Source: a virus
Lineage: Duplodnaviria; Caudoviricetes
IMG/VR virus record: IMGVR_UViG_3300009566_000070
Coordinates: 1 to 46,136 of that record
Length of the DNA stretch: 46,136 nt
Direction: 5' to 3' (one strand)
Positions 9,585-19,500 of this stretch are shown here, one piece after another (the first letter of the stretch is position 1; every line of letters begins with the position of its first letter). The notes under the pieces were generated by a model, which saw nothing but the letters and a program-made list of their open reading frames with translations, had not been told where the DNA came from and did no database searches. The position numbers and the translations under genes were made by a program.

Positions 9585-10583
9585 TTAAGATGTCTTTTCC
9601 TTTCCTTCCTCGGACGATGAAATCGTGCATGAGGCGGAAATATTATCGATTGCCGGCCACGTCCGCGCGATTCCCAGTTTGCCCTGGCAAAGCAGGTAAG
9701 GCGTCTTGTTCCGGTCCGGATAATGTTTGAACATCAAGGTTTCACCCTTCAGCGTTACAACCGTATCCGTGATCCCGTCCTTCAGGAACGTTTTGAAACT
9801 TCCTTGGCCGAGGGATTCCGATGACGAACCGATGACGCCGCCGTAGACCTGCGTCGATCCGACGCTGTAGCTTTTTTCCGGAGCGACAAAATCGGATGAC
9901 GGTTCCAAATCCGCGAATACCGGTTCGTATACTTCGGCATATACGCCCTTGTAGGTTGCCGGAGATCCTTCGTGAATTGCGGGCAGGGCAGAAGCAAACG
10001 TGATCGTCCCTTCGAAATGATCCTTGCTCCAGACGGGATAATCGTATTTTTCCTGCGACGTGCCGGGAATCTGCGATATTTCCGCTGCCGTAACCAGGGC
10101 CGCCGTGCTGGATGACAACTTGACCTGACCGATTTCAATCGATCCCGAGGGGATCAGGGGAGGTCCGCCCGCCACGCCGCGCGTCGTCACAAAAGAAGCG
10201 CCGTCCGTTCCGGCGACCACGGCAATCGCTCCCGCGCTGCTGATCGTAACGGAAGAGATCTTTTTCAATCCTGACGGAGACGACGCCGGCCGCGCGATGG
10301 CAACCGCCGCGTTTGCATTGACCGTCGTTTCAACGCCCGCGAGATAACACAGCACCGCGGCCAGAGATATCTTGTCGTTCGCCGAACCCGGCGTCATAAG
10401 ACCTCCGGAAATCAATCCGTCCGGCCGTATTTTCGGCTCGTATCCGCTCCGGTTCGACCAGGGCGATACAGCCGCTGAAAATGTTTTATGATCCCCGGAG
10501 TCCGTCATTGCCGCCATAGCGCTCAATTCCTGCCCGGCCTCGATTTGTAATTTCGCCTTATCGGCTTGATTTACCTCAAACAT
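9585..10583 (-). CDS. Probable major tail (tube) protein
   Basis: 332 aa, Ser/Ala/Gly/Thr-rich, directly upstream of chaperone and tape measure, strong GGAGGA SD. Confidence 0.65.
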   Translation of the reverse strand: MFEVNQADKAKLQIEAGQELSAMAAMTDSGDHKTFSAAVSPWSNRSGYEPKIRPDGLISGGLMTPGSANDKISLAAVLCYLAGVETTVNANAAVAIARPASSPSGLKKISSVTISSAGAIAVVAGTDGASFVTTRGVAGGPPLIPSGSIEIGQVKLSSSTAALVTAAEISQIPGTSQEKYDYPVWSKDHFEGTITFASALPAIHEGSPATYKGVYAEVYEPVFADLEPSSDFVAPEKSYSVGSTQVYGGVIGSSSESLGQGSFKTFLKDGITDTVVTLKGETLMFKHYPDRNKTPYLLCQGKLGIARTWPAIDNISASCTISSSEEGKEKTS

Positions 10584-10641
10584 TGCTTTTTCCTCCTTGT
10601 ATTCGGCTGGGCCGAAGTATTTTTAAAAACTCAAACAATAA

Positions 10642-11346
10642 TCAAATCCATGCTTTTAACAGCCATGGATCATTCACTTCATGCGGTTTAGGATGTCCGT
10701 GAAACGATACAATCCGGCAATTGTAGGGCAGCCCGATATCGCGCACGGCCAACTTGTAACTGGCTACCCAGTTTTGCGGGAACAAGTCCACATGCACAGC
10801 TCGCGTATCGTTGATCCATCCTTGGGCGCACATCCGAAACTCCGCGTTTGCCGGAGTTTCGCGCGGATCCCATGTCGGCTTTCCGACCCGGACGTATTCG
10901 TCCCACATCGGACGGTCGGAATCGCCACGAATCAAGGTCACTTCCAGGTTGCAATCATTTTCCAATCCCTTAGGACAGCAGTGCGTCGGATAGTCTTTCA
11001 TCGCCGCTCGCACTGATGAAAACATGATCAGATCATCAAGGCTTCCGACGATAACGCAATCAAGCCCGATATTCAGGATGGAATCCGTCCGGATCCATGG
11101 ACGATTATCCGGATCGGCGCCCTGCATGGAGACCCACCAGGACGGATACGCGGACGGGACGACGTTGATTCCCTTTTCCAGTCCATCGAGACGGCCGGGC
11201 TTTTGCGCTTCCGGACCGGCATACAGAATAAAATCATGCGAAATCGTCGTATTGCGCTGTACAGCTCTGTACAATTTATTGACATATTCCAGGGAATATA
11301 CGTTATCGCCGGACCATCCGCATGTAATGGTGATTTCAGGTTTCAT
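10642..11346 (-). CDS. Glycosyltransferase-like protein (GT-A fold)
   Basis: Y..EYVNKLYRAV.RN, WW, (D/G)LD.VI.G.LD, Q.WI, FP..W..SYK, IV.FHG.PKPHE. The first Asp of DxD is Gly here. Confidence 0.7.
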   Translation of the reverse strand: MKPEITITCGWSGDNVYSLEYVNKLYRAVQRNTTISHDFILYAGPEAQKPGRLDGLEKGINVVPSAYPSWWVSMQGADPDNRPWIRTDSILNIGLDCVIVGSLDDLIMFSSVRAAMKDYPTHCCPKGLENDCNLEVTLIRGDSDRPMWDEYVRVGKPTWDPRETPANAEFRMCAQGWINDTRAVHVDLFPQNWVASYKLAVRDIGLPYNCRIVSFHGHPKPHEVNDPWLLKAWI

Positions 11347-11941
11347 TTTTTATCCCTTCGTCCTGCTTTGGTTCTCTGCACACAAAAATATATCGTCTCG
11401 CATGTTCCTTGCTCTGTATAAATTCGACAATTCGCCAGTATTGGCAAAGCGTATCCATCCATCCCGCCGCGTTCATTTTAACCGTTGTCATCTGCCAGAC
11501 GAGACGATGATCATCCATATCGTACGCTTCCACGATCAGGTTTTTGCAGGTCCTGCGGATCTCCGACAGGATAACATCCAGCCGATCGGCCTGGACCGTC
11601 ATCAATGTGTTGATACAAATTCCCCACTCCGCGAACGGTACTTGAGACAAATCGCATAAATCCGCGTTATAAAATTTTAACGGGCTGTCTTTGCGCTGAA
11701 GGATTTCGAGCGCTTCGGCTTCAATAGCGTTTTCCGCAATATCGATCATGTTGATGTAATAACTTGATTTCCTCATTAACTCGACTTCCGCGCGACCGGT
11801 ACCGCATCCGTAATCATTGATCGTCGATCCTGCCGGAATCGTGCTCATAATCAACGGAACCATGCGCAGCGCCGTCGATCCCTGCCGATAGTTTCCGTTG
11901 TCCCAGATTTGCTCAAATTTATCCTTGTGCTGTTGATCCAT
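11336..11941 (-). CDS. Class I SAM-dependent methyltransferase
   Basis: INDYGCGTGR motif I, followed by acidic IDIAE and ADL. Confidence 0.8.
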   Translation of the reverse strand: MDQQHKDKFEQIWDNGNYRQGSTALRMVPLIMSTIPAGSTINDYGCGTGRAEVELMRKSSYYINMIDIAENAIEAEALEILQRKDSPLKFYNADLCDLSQVPFAEWGICINTLMTVQADRLDVILSEIRRTCKNLIVEAYDMDDHRLVWQMTTVKMNAAGWMDTLCQYWRIVEFIQSKEHARRYIFVCREPKQDEGIKNET

Positions 11942-11945
11942 GTTT

Positions 11946-12227
11946 TTAACATTCCCTCCAGATTCCGTTTTCAAGATAACCATGCCAGCTTCTCGGATCA
12001 TATTTCCCGGTTAAATCGGGATCGCTTGAAGTGACCAATATTGACGGACTGACGGTAATTGTATTATTCGGATTTTCGATGACCGTATGAATATCCGAAC
12101 TAAAATGTGCCGTTATTCCATTCGGCGTTTTAAACCACCATGTGCCGTCATCATGTTTTGAATATTCGCCAGGATTAAATTTTGTAATATTGTCATTCAA
12201 CCGTGTTCCCTGCATTATTTTGCCCAT
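11946..12227 (-). CDS. Small conserved phage protein (DUF6527-like)
   Basis: TITVSPSIL...WHGYL.NG.W motif. Confidence 0.55.
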   Translation of the reverse strand: MGKIMQGTRLNDNITKFNPGEYSKHDDGTWWFKTPNGITAHFSSDIHTVIENPNNTITVSPSILVTSSDPDLTGKYDPRSWHGYLENGIWREC

Positions 12228-12240
12228 CGTTCATTTTCCT

Positions 12241-12290
12241 TTCCTGGACTATAGTGACACTTAAAACTTAATTACTTAAATCTTAAAACT
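12241..12290. repeat. Repeated gene-leader element CCTGGACTATAGTGACA plus (C)TTAAAAC-type heptamers
   Basis: Copies at 12241-12290, 12902-12950, 30601-30651; partial at 26501-26517; REP-containing variant at 31160-31223. Confidence 0.85.
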
Positions 12291-12894
12291 CTTCACCTTT
12301 CAGCCACTCCTTACTAGGCAATCCTAAAAGTTCCATCGGCCATCCGCTCATTGCGCGCGCGACTGCCTTTATTTCGTCGTATTTTGCCTTCCAGCCTTCG
12401 CGGAAATTGGCATAGTCATAGCCCTTATCGTTCTTGCCCGTCAGCGGACAGCCGCAAACAATGATCTTTTCGTAACCCATTTTGATGCCGGCCAGGACAC
12501 CGAGCAAAGCGGAGCTTCCGGACGGCTGTTCAAAGGGAACAATCATATCGACCTGGTCGTCATGCTGCACATGGGAGATAACCGTATAATCAACATTGCC
12601 GCCTTTTTGGCGCCGGCGTTCATGGGCGTCGGCGATTTCGGACGGATGATATGTCGCAAAATATTGTATCGGCCATCGGGCGATATTGACCGCATCAAGA
12701 CCGATCGCGCAATAATGACACTCGCTGTATCCGTTTTCCGATTCCATCATTTTAATGGCCGCGTATACGTCATCAATCGCACACGGCGCCGATCCGATAA
12801 TAATGAGCCTGTGAATTCCGTCAGGAATTCCAAAGCGAATTACCCCTGAGCCGTCAGGCGAATGGGTTGATAATATGTCTTTGTTCTCTTCCAT
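12283..12894 (-). CDS. MptE/DUF115-like (glycosyltransferase-related) protein
   Basis: LIIIGSAP...AVN...SGSSALLG...MGYEKIIVCGCPL pattern. Confidence 0.55.
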   Translation of the reverse strand: MEENKDILSTHSPDGSGVIRFGIPDGIHRLIIIGSAPCAIDDVYAAIKMMESENGYSECHYCAIGLDAVNIARWPIQYFATYHPSEIADAHERRRQKGGNVDYTVISHVQHDDQVDMIVPFEQPSGSSALLGVLAGIKMGYEKIIVCGCPLTGKNDKGYDYANFREGWKAKYDEIKAVARAMSGWPMELLGLPSKEWLKGEEF

Positions 12895-12955
12895 GTTTCT
12901 TTTCCTGGACTATAGTGACACTTAAAACTTAACACTTAAAACTTAAATCTCCGCG

Positions 12956-13414
12956 CTATTGCGCGGTCGGATCATTTAATTTTTTCCAGTAAATCACGTT
13001 AAAAATCGCATAAGCCCCGATCGACACCTGATCGTCATCAGGATATTCTTCCGTCCCGCCGCCTGTGCAATCGATTCCTTTTATGTAATCTGGCGACCTT
13101 GACCAACTGTCAGAAAGAAAACATTTTTCGATGTCTCCGAGAATTTTTTCCGATATGACGGACGGATCGATTTTCCCGAAATTGGCAAGCCCTTCAACGC
13201 GCATTTCCATTTTGCATTTCCGATAGCCGTTCATCGTTTCCGACGTTTCCACACCGGGGATAATGACGGTTCCGGGAATCTCTTTATCTTCCAATTTTTT
13301 GCGCGCGCGGATGACATTTGTTCCGATACTTGTCGCGTATCCCGCGGCAACTTTGATAATCGCCGCCCGCGCGATAAAGTCCTTAATTATGATTTCTCGA
13401 ATTGTATCGCTCAT
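12956..13414 (-). CDS. Tail terminator (gpU-like)
   Basis: Size, position after gpZ-like gene, TIRE.II...GY.TSIG..V.R pattern. Confidence 0.6.
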   Translation of the reverse strand: MSDTIREIIIKDFIARAAIIKVAAGYATSIGTNVIRARKKLEDKEIPGTVIIPGVETSETMNGYRKCKMEMRVEGLANFGKIDPSVISEKILGDIEKCFLSDSWSRSPDYIKGIDCTGGGTEEYPDDDQVSIGAYAIFNVIYWKKLNDPTAQ

Positions 13415-13495
13415 AATGAGACTCCGAGAGGCCAAGCTATAGCGCCGGCCGATTGGTTAGTCGAATTATCCCCGCAGCGTAAGCGGATGGGGATT
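13412..13495. repeat. Structured dispersed repeat, copy over tail terminator start
   Basis: CATAATGAGACTCCGAGAGGCCAAG...GGTTAGTCGAATTATCCCCG shared with 8698-8783. Confidence 0.85.
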
Positions 13496-13584
13496 CGTAC
13501 CTTTAAAAATATTTTCATTTCGTTCGCTCCAGTTTTATGTTTTAAGTGTTAAGTGTTACGTAAAACCTAATACGTAAAACTTTT

Positions 13585-14253
13585 TTACTTATGTTTTGAT
13601 AACTCATAATCCATTTCGTGCATCAGGTTCTTATGCAATCGGTCTCCCGCCGAGCTTAAGATTCCTTTCATCACCGGTTCGTTTTCCATGATATCCGGTA
13701 TGCGGGGGCCGAATCTTTCCATGATCGGAAGGCGATACTGTTTTGCCAACCATGCGATGGAAATAAATCTTTTCATCTTAGCGCTCCATACATAACCGCT
13801 CCGATTGATCGCTGAATCGTTCTTTCTCATTTTTCCGGATTTCGTTCCGTGCCATTTGCGCCAATACACACCCTTATGGCCGCTTTTCATGGTAGCGATA
13901 AATGCACCGGGTACGACTTTTCGCGCGCGATCTTTTCTGACCTGAACGGAAACGCCTTTTTTTGTTTCCCGCGCGGAATAATCGATCAAAGCAATAGGTC
14001 TCCCCGTGCTGGCGATCCACGCGGATGAATTCTGTTCCGTCGCCCTGGATATTTTAAACGTTTCATCGACTGCCGATTTTTTTGCCGTAATAATGTCGCG
14101 GATAGCAGATGACGAATCAGTCTTGACGCCGGACAAAGTCTTATTGAGCGCTCTCATCGTGACGCGCGCGGCAAGGTTTTTTCCGATATCGGAAAAAATA
14201 TTTTTTACTTTCATCAGATCCGCTTCATTGATTTTAATGTTAAATGCCGGCAT
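13585..14253 (-). CDS. Minor tail protein Z-like
   Basis: Basic protein with RALNKT, GV.V.V, AFIATMKSGHKGVYWR, RLPI...GP.I motifs. Confidence 0.8.
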   Translation of the reverse strand: MPAFNIKINEADLMKVKNIFSDIGKNLAARVTMRALNKTLSGVKTDSSSAIRDIITAKKSAVDETFKISRATEQNSSAWIASTGRPIALIDYSARETKKGVSVQVRKDRARKVVPGAFIATMKSGHKGVYWRKWHGTKSGKMRKNDSAINRSGYVWSAKMKRFISIAWLAKQYRLPIMERFGPRIPDIMENEPVMKGILSSAGDRLHKNLMHEMDYELSKHK

Positions 14254-14300
14254 TTATTTTAACCTTGAACAATGATTCTTAAAACTTAAAACCTAAAACT

Positions 14301-14687
14301 TTATGTAACTATTAATTCAATTTCATCCCCGTCGTTTCGTGATATTGACTGGACTGTAAATATTTCGGCGCCGATCGTAAAAGTTTCACCGCGCGCCGGA
14401 ATCCTGCCCAGATCCGCGAGAATCGCCTCAATTGTCATGCCGTATTCAACCACCTGCGTCTCCATGGAGACCGGCTGTAAAACGACGCTTCGATTCAGGA
14501 TGACCCTGCAGCTGACGGATGATCCGGAAAGAGGCGCATAAACGGCATCCGCGCCAACCGCGGAATTGTAGATATCGCGCAGAGCCGACAAGAATATTTC
14601 ATCGCTCGTGCTTAAGGGAATCGACGGCCGGACGGGAGTTCCCGCCCCGGTCCCGCCGCGTCTTGTTCCTGTTCCTGTTCCGCTCAT
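14301..14687 (-). CDS. Head-tail joining protein (gpFII-like)
   Basis: AVY.P..G....CRVI...P.RGETFTI....FTV pattern; upstream of gpZ-like gene. Confidence 0.6.
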   Translation of the reverse strand: MSGTGTGTRRGGTGAGTPVRPSIPLSTSDEIFLSALRDIYNSAVGADAVYAPLSGSSVSCRVILNRSVVLQPVSMETQVVEYGMTIEAILADLGRIPARGETFTIGAEIFTVQSISRNDGDEIELIVT

Positions 14688-16357
14688 CAGCTCACCACCT
14701 CTATGTCCGGATCGGTGAATGTATAATTCGGATGCGTTCTCCAGAAATAATACGTCCCGGCGTCAAGATTGAACGTCACGCTCCCGTTGACGTCCGTCGT
14801 CCCGGACGCGACAATGGTTGTTCTGGCTACGTCCGTTGATACCTGTACGGTCGCGCCGGCAATCGGACTGCTTGTTGCGTCATCGGTTAAAACATAGGGA
14901 TATGCTATTTCTCCGGATCCGGCATTCTCGACAACAGCGTTCAGAATCGATGTCATCTTTGTTGAATGCGCGTCGATTTCCTGCCGTATTTCTTCAGCGG
15001 TCGGGAAATCGATTGACGGCGTGGCCGCGTTGACGGCTGTGATGATGTCGTCCTTCGCATCGGATACATTGGTTGCCGTGGCCAGGCCGGATTGAACGTC
15101 CTCAACACCTGCAAGATCGGTAAGCTTCGGATAGGAGTCAGTCAGGCCGAAATCTGTTTTTACCTGTTCGACAGATTTAATATTATTATTGCTATCGAAC
15201 TGCATCTTTCCGGTTGCCGCATAGATAGCTGCAAGGTAAGCGTAGTTTTCGGCGTCCTGAACCTGGGCGACTCCGCCGTCCGCCATTGAAACCGTGCCGA
15301 CTGCCCACGTAAAATCGAAATAAACTGCTTCCGCTGTATCGGTATAGGCCACCGTATAGGACACGCGGTAATGACCGGCAGAAACCCGCGTCATCGTCGT
15401 CGCGGAAAGTCCGGCATCGCATGAGGTTCCCGCCGAGTTGCGGGCGTGGATCGTCACCGTATTGGAATCCGCGTCTTCCAGATTACCTTTGAGGTCGTAG
15501 AGGTAAATCTCCACCAAATACGTCAAAGAAGAACTGGCCGGGCGCGGCATGAATACCGGAACTCGCGGCGCACTTCTGGCCGTGCTGGTTGTAATCGCGT
15601 TGACCGCGTTCAATATGCTGGTCTGATTCGCCGATGTTCCCAGCAGATCGATCAAGGCTTTCAGCGCGGCCAGTCCGTAAGTCGCATTCGCCAAAATTAC
15701 ATTATTGTCCGCGCCCTGATTGACGCTTGCCGCCGTAAATACCGGAGACGCAACATCAAAGAATTTCTTGACCGCCGCCGCAATATAACCGGCCACACTT
15801 TCCGTCAACGCCGTGCCTAAAATAGCTTTCAGGTTCGCGTCAATCCGACCGTTTGTTTCCTGATTAATCTGACCCGCTCCGCTCCCGCGCGTAAATAAAC
15901 CGCCCGCCGCTTCCGCCGCCGCGTTCGGAAGTGCCGTCAATCCGAGTCTCACGGCATCCTGCATATTCACCGCGATCAACTGCACAAAAAATTCACGCTC
16001 CATAAGATTTGCCGCACCGAGGAAACTGATTCTCAACACCTGAGAATTGGCGACCGCGTAACGCGCATCCGCAAGATGAACCTCATACGTTCCGGGGTGA
16101 TTCGTCGCGTCCACTTCCTTAAAGCGACATTTTGTCGCCGTGGGTGCCGCGTAAGTGCCGAGCGTGGTTATCGTCTCAATCGTCGAACCCGCCGCCGTGT
16201 ACGTTGTCGCGCTCGCTTCATTGTCGCACAGGGTGGAAATGATAAGCCCGGACGTATTATAAGCCAGTCCGGTCAATCCCTGCCCGGTCAGTGAACTGCG
16301 AAGTTTTACGCGGAAAATAACGGACGTCGCGCCTAAAGTGATAATTCGGTCAATCAT
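14687..16357 (-). CDS. Virion structural protein with C-terminal Ig/carboxypeptidase-regulatory-like domain
   Basis: Thr/Ala-rich; C-terminal PIAGATV...GTTDVNGSVTFNLDAGTY. Confidence 0.55.
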   Translation of the reverse strand: MIDRIITLGATSVIFRVKLRSSLTGQGLTGLAYNTSGLIISTLCDNEASATTYTAAGSTIETITTLGTYAAPTATKCRFKEVDATNHPGTYEVHLADARYAVANSQVLRISFLGAANLMEREFFVQLIAVNMQDAVRLGLTALPNAAAEAAGGLFTRGSGAGQINQETNGRIDANLKAILGTALTESVAGYIAAAVKKFFDVASPVFTAASVNQGADNNVILANATYGLAALKALIDLLGTSANQTSILNAVNAITTSTARSAPRVPVFMPRPASSSLTYLVEIYLYDLKGNLEDADSNTVTIHARNSAGTSCDAGLSATTMTRVSAGHYRVSYTVAYTDTAEAVYFDFTWAVGTVSMADGGVAQVQDAENYAYLAAIYAATGKMQFDSNNNIKSVEQVKTDFGLTDSYPKLTDLAGVEDVQSGLATATNVSDAKDDIITAVNAATPSIDFPTAEEIRQEIDAHSTKMTSILNAVVENAGSGEIAYPYVLTDDATSSPIAGATVQVSTDVARTTIVASGTTDVNGSVTFNLDAGTYYFWRTHPNYTFTDPDIEVVS

Positions 16358-17118
16358 TAATATTCTCCATTCGCCACTAGTATAATCGCGGGTGACGGTT
16401 CTAATTTGTAGGTGTACCCCGATGAATCGGCGTAATTGAAGTTCGCGTCTTTCGATTGCCAGTTTTGAGTGCTTCCTCCGAATGCGGAACAGATTGTTAC
16501 ACCGGAATTGGACGGGGTGAGGACTTGCTTGACTGAAAAATCATCAAACCTGCCCTCGTTACCAGCTGCTCCGCTGATAATAACGTATGCCCAAGCAACT
16601 GATAGCGAGGGATCTTTTGAAAAATATCCTTTTTGCTCTACCCACGATAATGAATTACTATATATACCAGTACCCCAAACTCTTGATCCATAATTGCCAT
16701 AACCCCATGCGACACCTACGCTGGCAGAAATATTTTTTATCCAACCGCTATTATAATATAATGCTAAATTTGTAAGGGAAAGAGAACGCTGATACAACAC
16801 ATTATCAATTCCTCTAACTCCATCCAAAGAATAAGATCCGGCACTACCAGGCCTCGTATCATTAGATAACGTTCGTGACGGAGAATCGGTATACACATCC
16901 CAATTAAGCGATTCCATACCGCCATCACTGAGTAATTCATCCCCGTACGTCTCTCCTGTTCCCGCCGCCTTGATATAACCGACAAGCGCACGCAGAGCCG
17001 AATCATAAACCGTGAGTTTCCAGTTCAGGTAAGGCGTGAGCAAATTTGCGGTAGAGAAATCGACAAACGCCGTTCCGTCAACCGCCGAAATCTTCATATT
17101 GGCAAGAGAAATCGTCAT
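16357..17118 (-). CDS. Putative carbohydrate-binding (CBM-like) virion protein
   Basis: ELLSDGGME...W...Y....WIK...W......F...FDDFSVK pattern; AT-richer core. Confidence 0.5.
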   Translation of the reverse strand: MTISLANMKISAVDGTAFVDFSTANLLTPYLNWKLTVYDSALRALVGYIKAAGTGETYGDELLSDGGMESLNWDVYTDSPSRTLSNDTRPGSAGSYSLDGVRGIDNVLYQRSLSLTNLALYYNSGWIKNISASVGVAWGYGNYGSRVWGTGIYSNSLSWVEQKGYFSKDPSLSVAWAYVIISGAAGNEGRFDDFSVKQVLTPSNSGVTICSAFGGSTQNWQSKDANFNYADSSGYTYKLEPSPAIILVANGEY

Positions 17119-17384
17119 TACAAAATCCTGATTAAAATAATCTCCAAAATCATACCCACAAACCCGCCGCCGACCGTGGCCGCGAGGTCAAGCCAGTCCC
17201 AGCCGGTACCGCCTCGATTCGTGCGCTTTTTGTATTCGTCAACGGCCTCTTTAATGATCCCCGCAATCAGCGCCGCCAATAAACCCATAAGCACCCAAGC
17301 CATGCCCAAAATCGAAAACGGCAACCCGACCACCAGCGCAATTAAAAGCCCGCCCACAAAATGCCAGAGTTTGTCTGTCTGCAT
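17118..17384 (-). CDS. Small membrane protein
   Basis: DKLWHF...GIIKE..D...WDWLDLAAT..GG with hydrophobic helices. Confidence 0.6.
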   Translation of the reverse strand: MQTDKLWHFVGGLLIALVVGLPFSILGMAWVLMGLLAALIAGIIKEAVDEYKKRTNRGGTGWDWLDLAATVGGGFVGMILEIILIRIL

Positions 17385-17389
17385 AATCC

Positions 17390-18529
17390 TCACCTGTAAT
17401 TAAAAAGTATGAACGGGATTCTTAAGCTCCCCATCTGGAATATCTGATATTTATCCGCAGAAGATAATCCGTCGTGATCTTCGACAAATAATTCTAAATT
17501 GTTAATGTTTCCCAAATTCAGAACTTCCTGTAGAACATCCTTTATATCGGACGACTGGAAAAAATAATAAGACGCACCTTTGTCCGCTTCGTAAGCAATT
17601 CGCGCCGTTGTTTTCTCTGAAAAATGAGCAAGGTAATCAGCCAGTGAAGTTATCTGCACCGGAGTATTGTTTCTGTATGCCGATATTTTCCCTTTGCTTC
17701 CGACATTCAAAACGCTGCAGACGCCAAGTAATTTTGCACTTTCAATGGTGCACCCTGTATTCAGAGAGCAAGGAAAATATAGATTGCATCCTGCTTTGTT
17801 CACGCCAAGAGAAGATGTTGCGTCACCTGCAGCAGCCAGATCGGAAGGATATAATGCCCAGCCACCTGCGTTGTAAACTGTTTTACCTTGCGAAGCCGAA
17901 GTCATTTCCATTATTCCGTTGCAGAAATACAGTTCGCGGTTAATTTCAACGGTGGTCATTTCCAAATTATTTTCGATTTCATTTGTATTTTCGATAAGAG
18001 GCAGGTCGATTATCAATGTTCCTGCCTTATAAAATTTAAAATTTGATATTCGGTATGCGTGTTGAGTAGGAACATCTGGATATTGATGACCATAAAATAG
18101 TTTCCACACTCCCGCTTCCTGAGCGGCAGTATCGTAAACGGACCAGTCCCGGGCATCATTTCCCGAAGCACTTACTGCGCCGTCAATAGAAATGGTTGTT
18201 ACTCCGGAAACTCTTTTTATGTTTGCATGATAAATAGTTCCTTTTGTTACGTTCGACGAAAGGATTAATGAATCTCCAGGATTTGTGTCAAGATAGATTC
18301 CAAATCCACCATAGTCACCTCCTATCCGAACCGCACCGAAAAGGGTATCCTCTTCATATGTGAAGAATATAAAGTCGAAAGACATTTCGTAATCGCCGGT
18401 TCCGACGCCCTTGATCTTGTCATTGTTTCCGAGATAAGGCGTTGTCAGATAGGTTCCGCCAATAAATGCGCATCCGCATTCAGGAACGGTCGATGGAGTA
18501 GATGTTTTTTTGATCATTACTTTTTTCAT
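17390..18529 (-). CDS. Hypothetical virion-associated protein with LamG-like N-terminal part
   Basis: YHANIKRVSG...SIDG...G motif; start set at MKKVM just after the endolysin stop. Confidence 0.45.
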   Translation of the reverse strand: MKKVMIKKTSTPSTVPECGCAFIGGTYLTTPYLGNNDKIKGVGTGDYEMSFDFIFFTYEEDTLFGAVRIGGDYGGFGIYLDTNPGDSLILSSNVTKGTIYHANIKRVSGVTTISIDGAVSASGNDARDWSVYDTAAQEAGVWKLFYGHQYPDVPTQHAYRISNFKFYKAGTLIIDLPLIENTNEIENNLEMTTVEINRELYFCNGIMEMTSASQGKTVYNAGGWALYPSDLAAAGDATSSLGVNKAGCNLYFPCSLNTGCTIESAKLLGVCSVLNVGSKGKISAYRNNTPVQITSLADYLAHFSEKTTARIAYEADKGASYYFFQSSDIKDVLQEVLNLGNINNLELFVEDHDGLSSADKYQIFQMGSLRIPFILFNYR

Positions 18530-18531
18530 AG

Positions 18532-18957
18532 TTAATTCATCAATAACGCTTCGGCGGCGCGGCGTTTGACCAGGCCGTTTAATTTGCGGCCGCCGCCATA
18601 GATCCATTTCATCAACTGCTGACGCGCTCCCGCCCAATCCTCCGCGTTAATTTTACGCTTGAGCGTGCTGGTCTGGAGACGGCCAACGCCCAGGTTAAAA
18701 CAAAAATCAGTGATCGCCGCGAGCTTGTCCGGTTTACTGATCAGCGTCGGGCAATATTTAATCGCGCCCCTGAGCGCTTTCATCATGTCGGCGGAAAGAT
18801 ATATTTCGCCCTGTTCGATGCTGATCGGCGGATGATCTTTCCCGCAGCGGTGCCCCCATGCAATCGTCCAGTATCCGGCCGGACACAAATAAACCTTCGG
18901 AGAGTATCCCTCAAAAGGCTTCGCCAGGGTTTTCGATTTTTCGATTGCTTCGATCAT
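18532..18957 (-). CDS. Endolysin, GH24 lysozyme
   Basis: FEGYSPKVYLCPAGYWTIAWGH (E-x8-C-x5-T triad), FCFNLGVG, STL.RKINA, GLVKRR.AE. ATGA overlap with the upstream gene. Confidence 0.92.
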   Translation of the reverse strand: MIEAIEKSKTLAKPFEGYSPKVYLCPAGYWTIAWGHRCGKDHPPISIEQGEIYLSADMMKALRGAIKYCPTLISKPDKLAAITDFCFNLGVGRLQTSTLKRKINAEDWAGARQQLMKWIYGGGRKLNGLVKRRAAEALLMN

Positions 18958-19424
18958 TTTCTTTTTAATATCCTGTCGAGAAACCAAAAGTTAATAATGC
19001 CGGCAACCAGGGCTTTTTCATCGACGCCCCAGACCGTGGACATCGCCGTTAAAATGGGCACGTTCTGTATCAGCAGCATGATAAAGGTCGTGATGATGAC
19101 AGCCGGGTAAAGCAGAATAACCCACTGAATGGTGATCATCGGGCGAATGAGTTTTGACAATCCGTCGATCCATGCGACGCCGGACGGTTTGTCCTGTCCT
19201 TCGATTGCGGTTTTCAAAGCCTCCAGCGCCTTGACATCGTATTCAACCTGTCCCTGCGTGGTGATCTCTTCAATCTTCTGATCGCCCTTCAGTTTCTGAA
19301 ACTCGATTGCCTTGTCCTGCATATCGAGTTCGTGTTTGCGGTCATTTTTCGCGTCGAAAAACTTTAAAATTTCCGGCACAAGGCGGGAAATGATTCCGAG
19401 CAATGATCCGAGTAATGTCAACAT
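18954..19424 (-). CDS. Holin-like membrane protein (3TM type)
   Basis: Adjacent to endolysin; W...L..LIRP.IT...IINFWF.DR with a basic C-terminus. Confidence 0.7.
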   Translation of the reverse strand: MLTLLGSLLGIISRLVPEILKFFDAKNDRKHELDMQDKAIEFQKLKGDQKIEEITTQGQVEYDVKALEALKTAIEGQDKPSGVAWIDGLSKLIRPMITIQWVILLYPAVIITTFIMLLIQNVPILTAMSTVWGVDEKALVAGIINFWFLDRILKRK

Positions 19425-19500
19425 GGCGATACCTCACTTTTTCTTTAATGAGCCTGTGGCGTCCGTTCTTTGGACGCCCAAAGCGAATTACCACCAGCCG

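Noticed and set aside
16357-18529. Diversity-generating retroelement target region
   Set aside because: No reverse transcriptase and no template/variable repeat pair seen.
18762-18778. Possible self-target of TIGR unit 1 in the endolysin gene (TCGCGCCCCTGAGCGCT)
   Set aside because: Only 14 of 18 positions match and an indel is needed; compatible with chance in GC-rich sequence.
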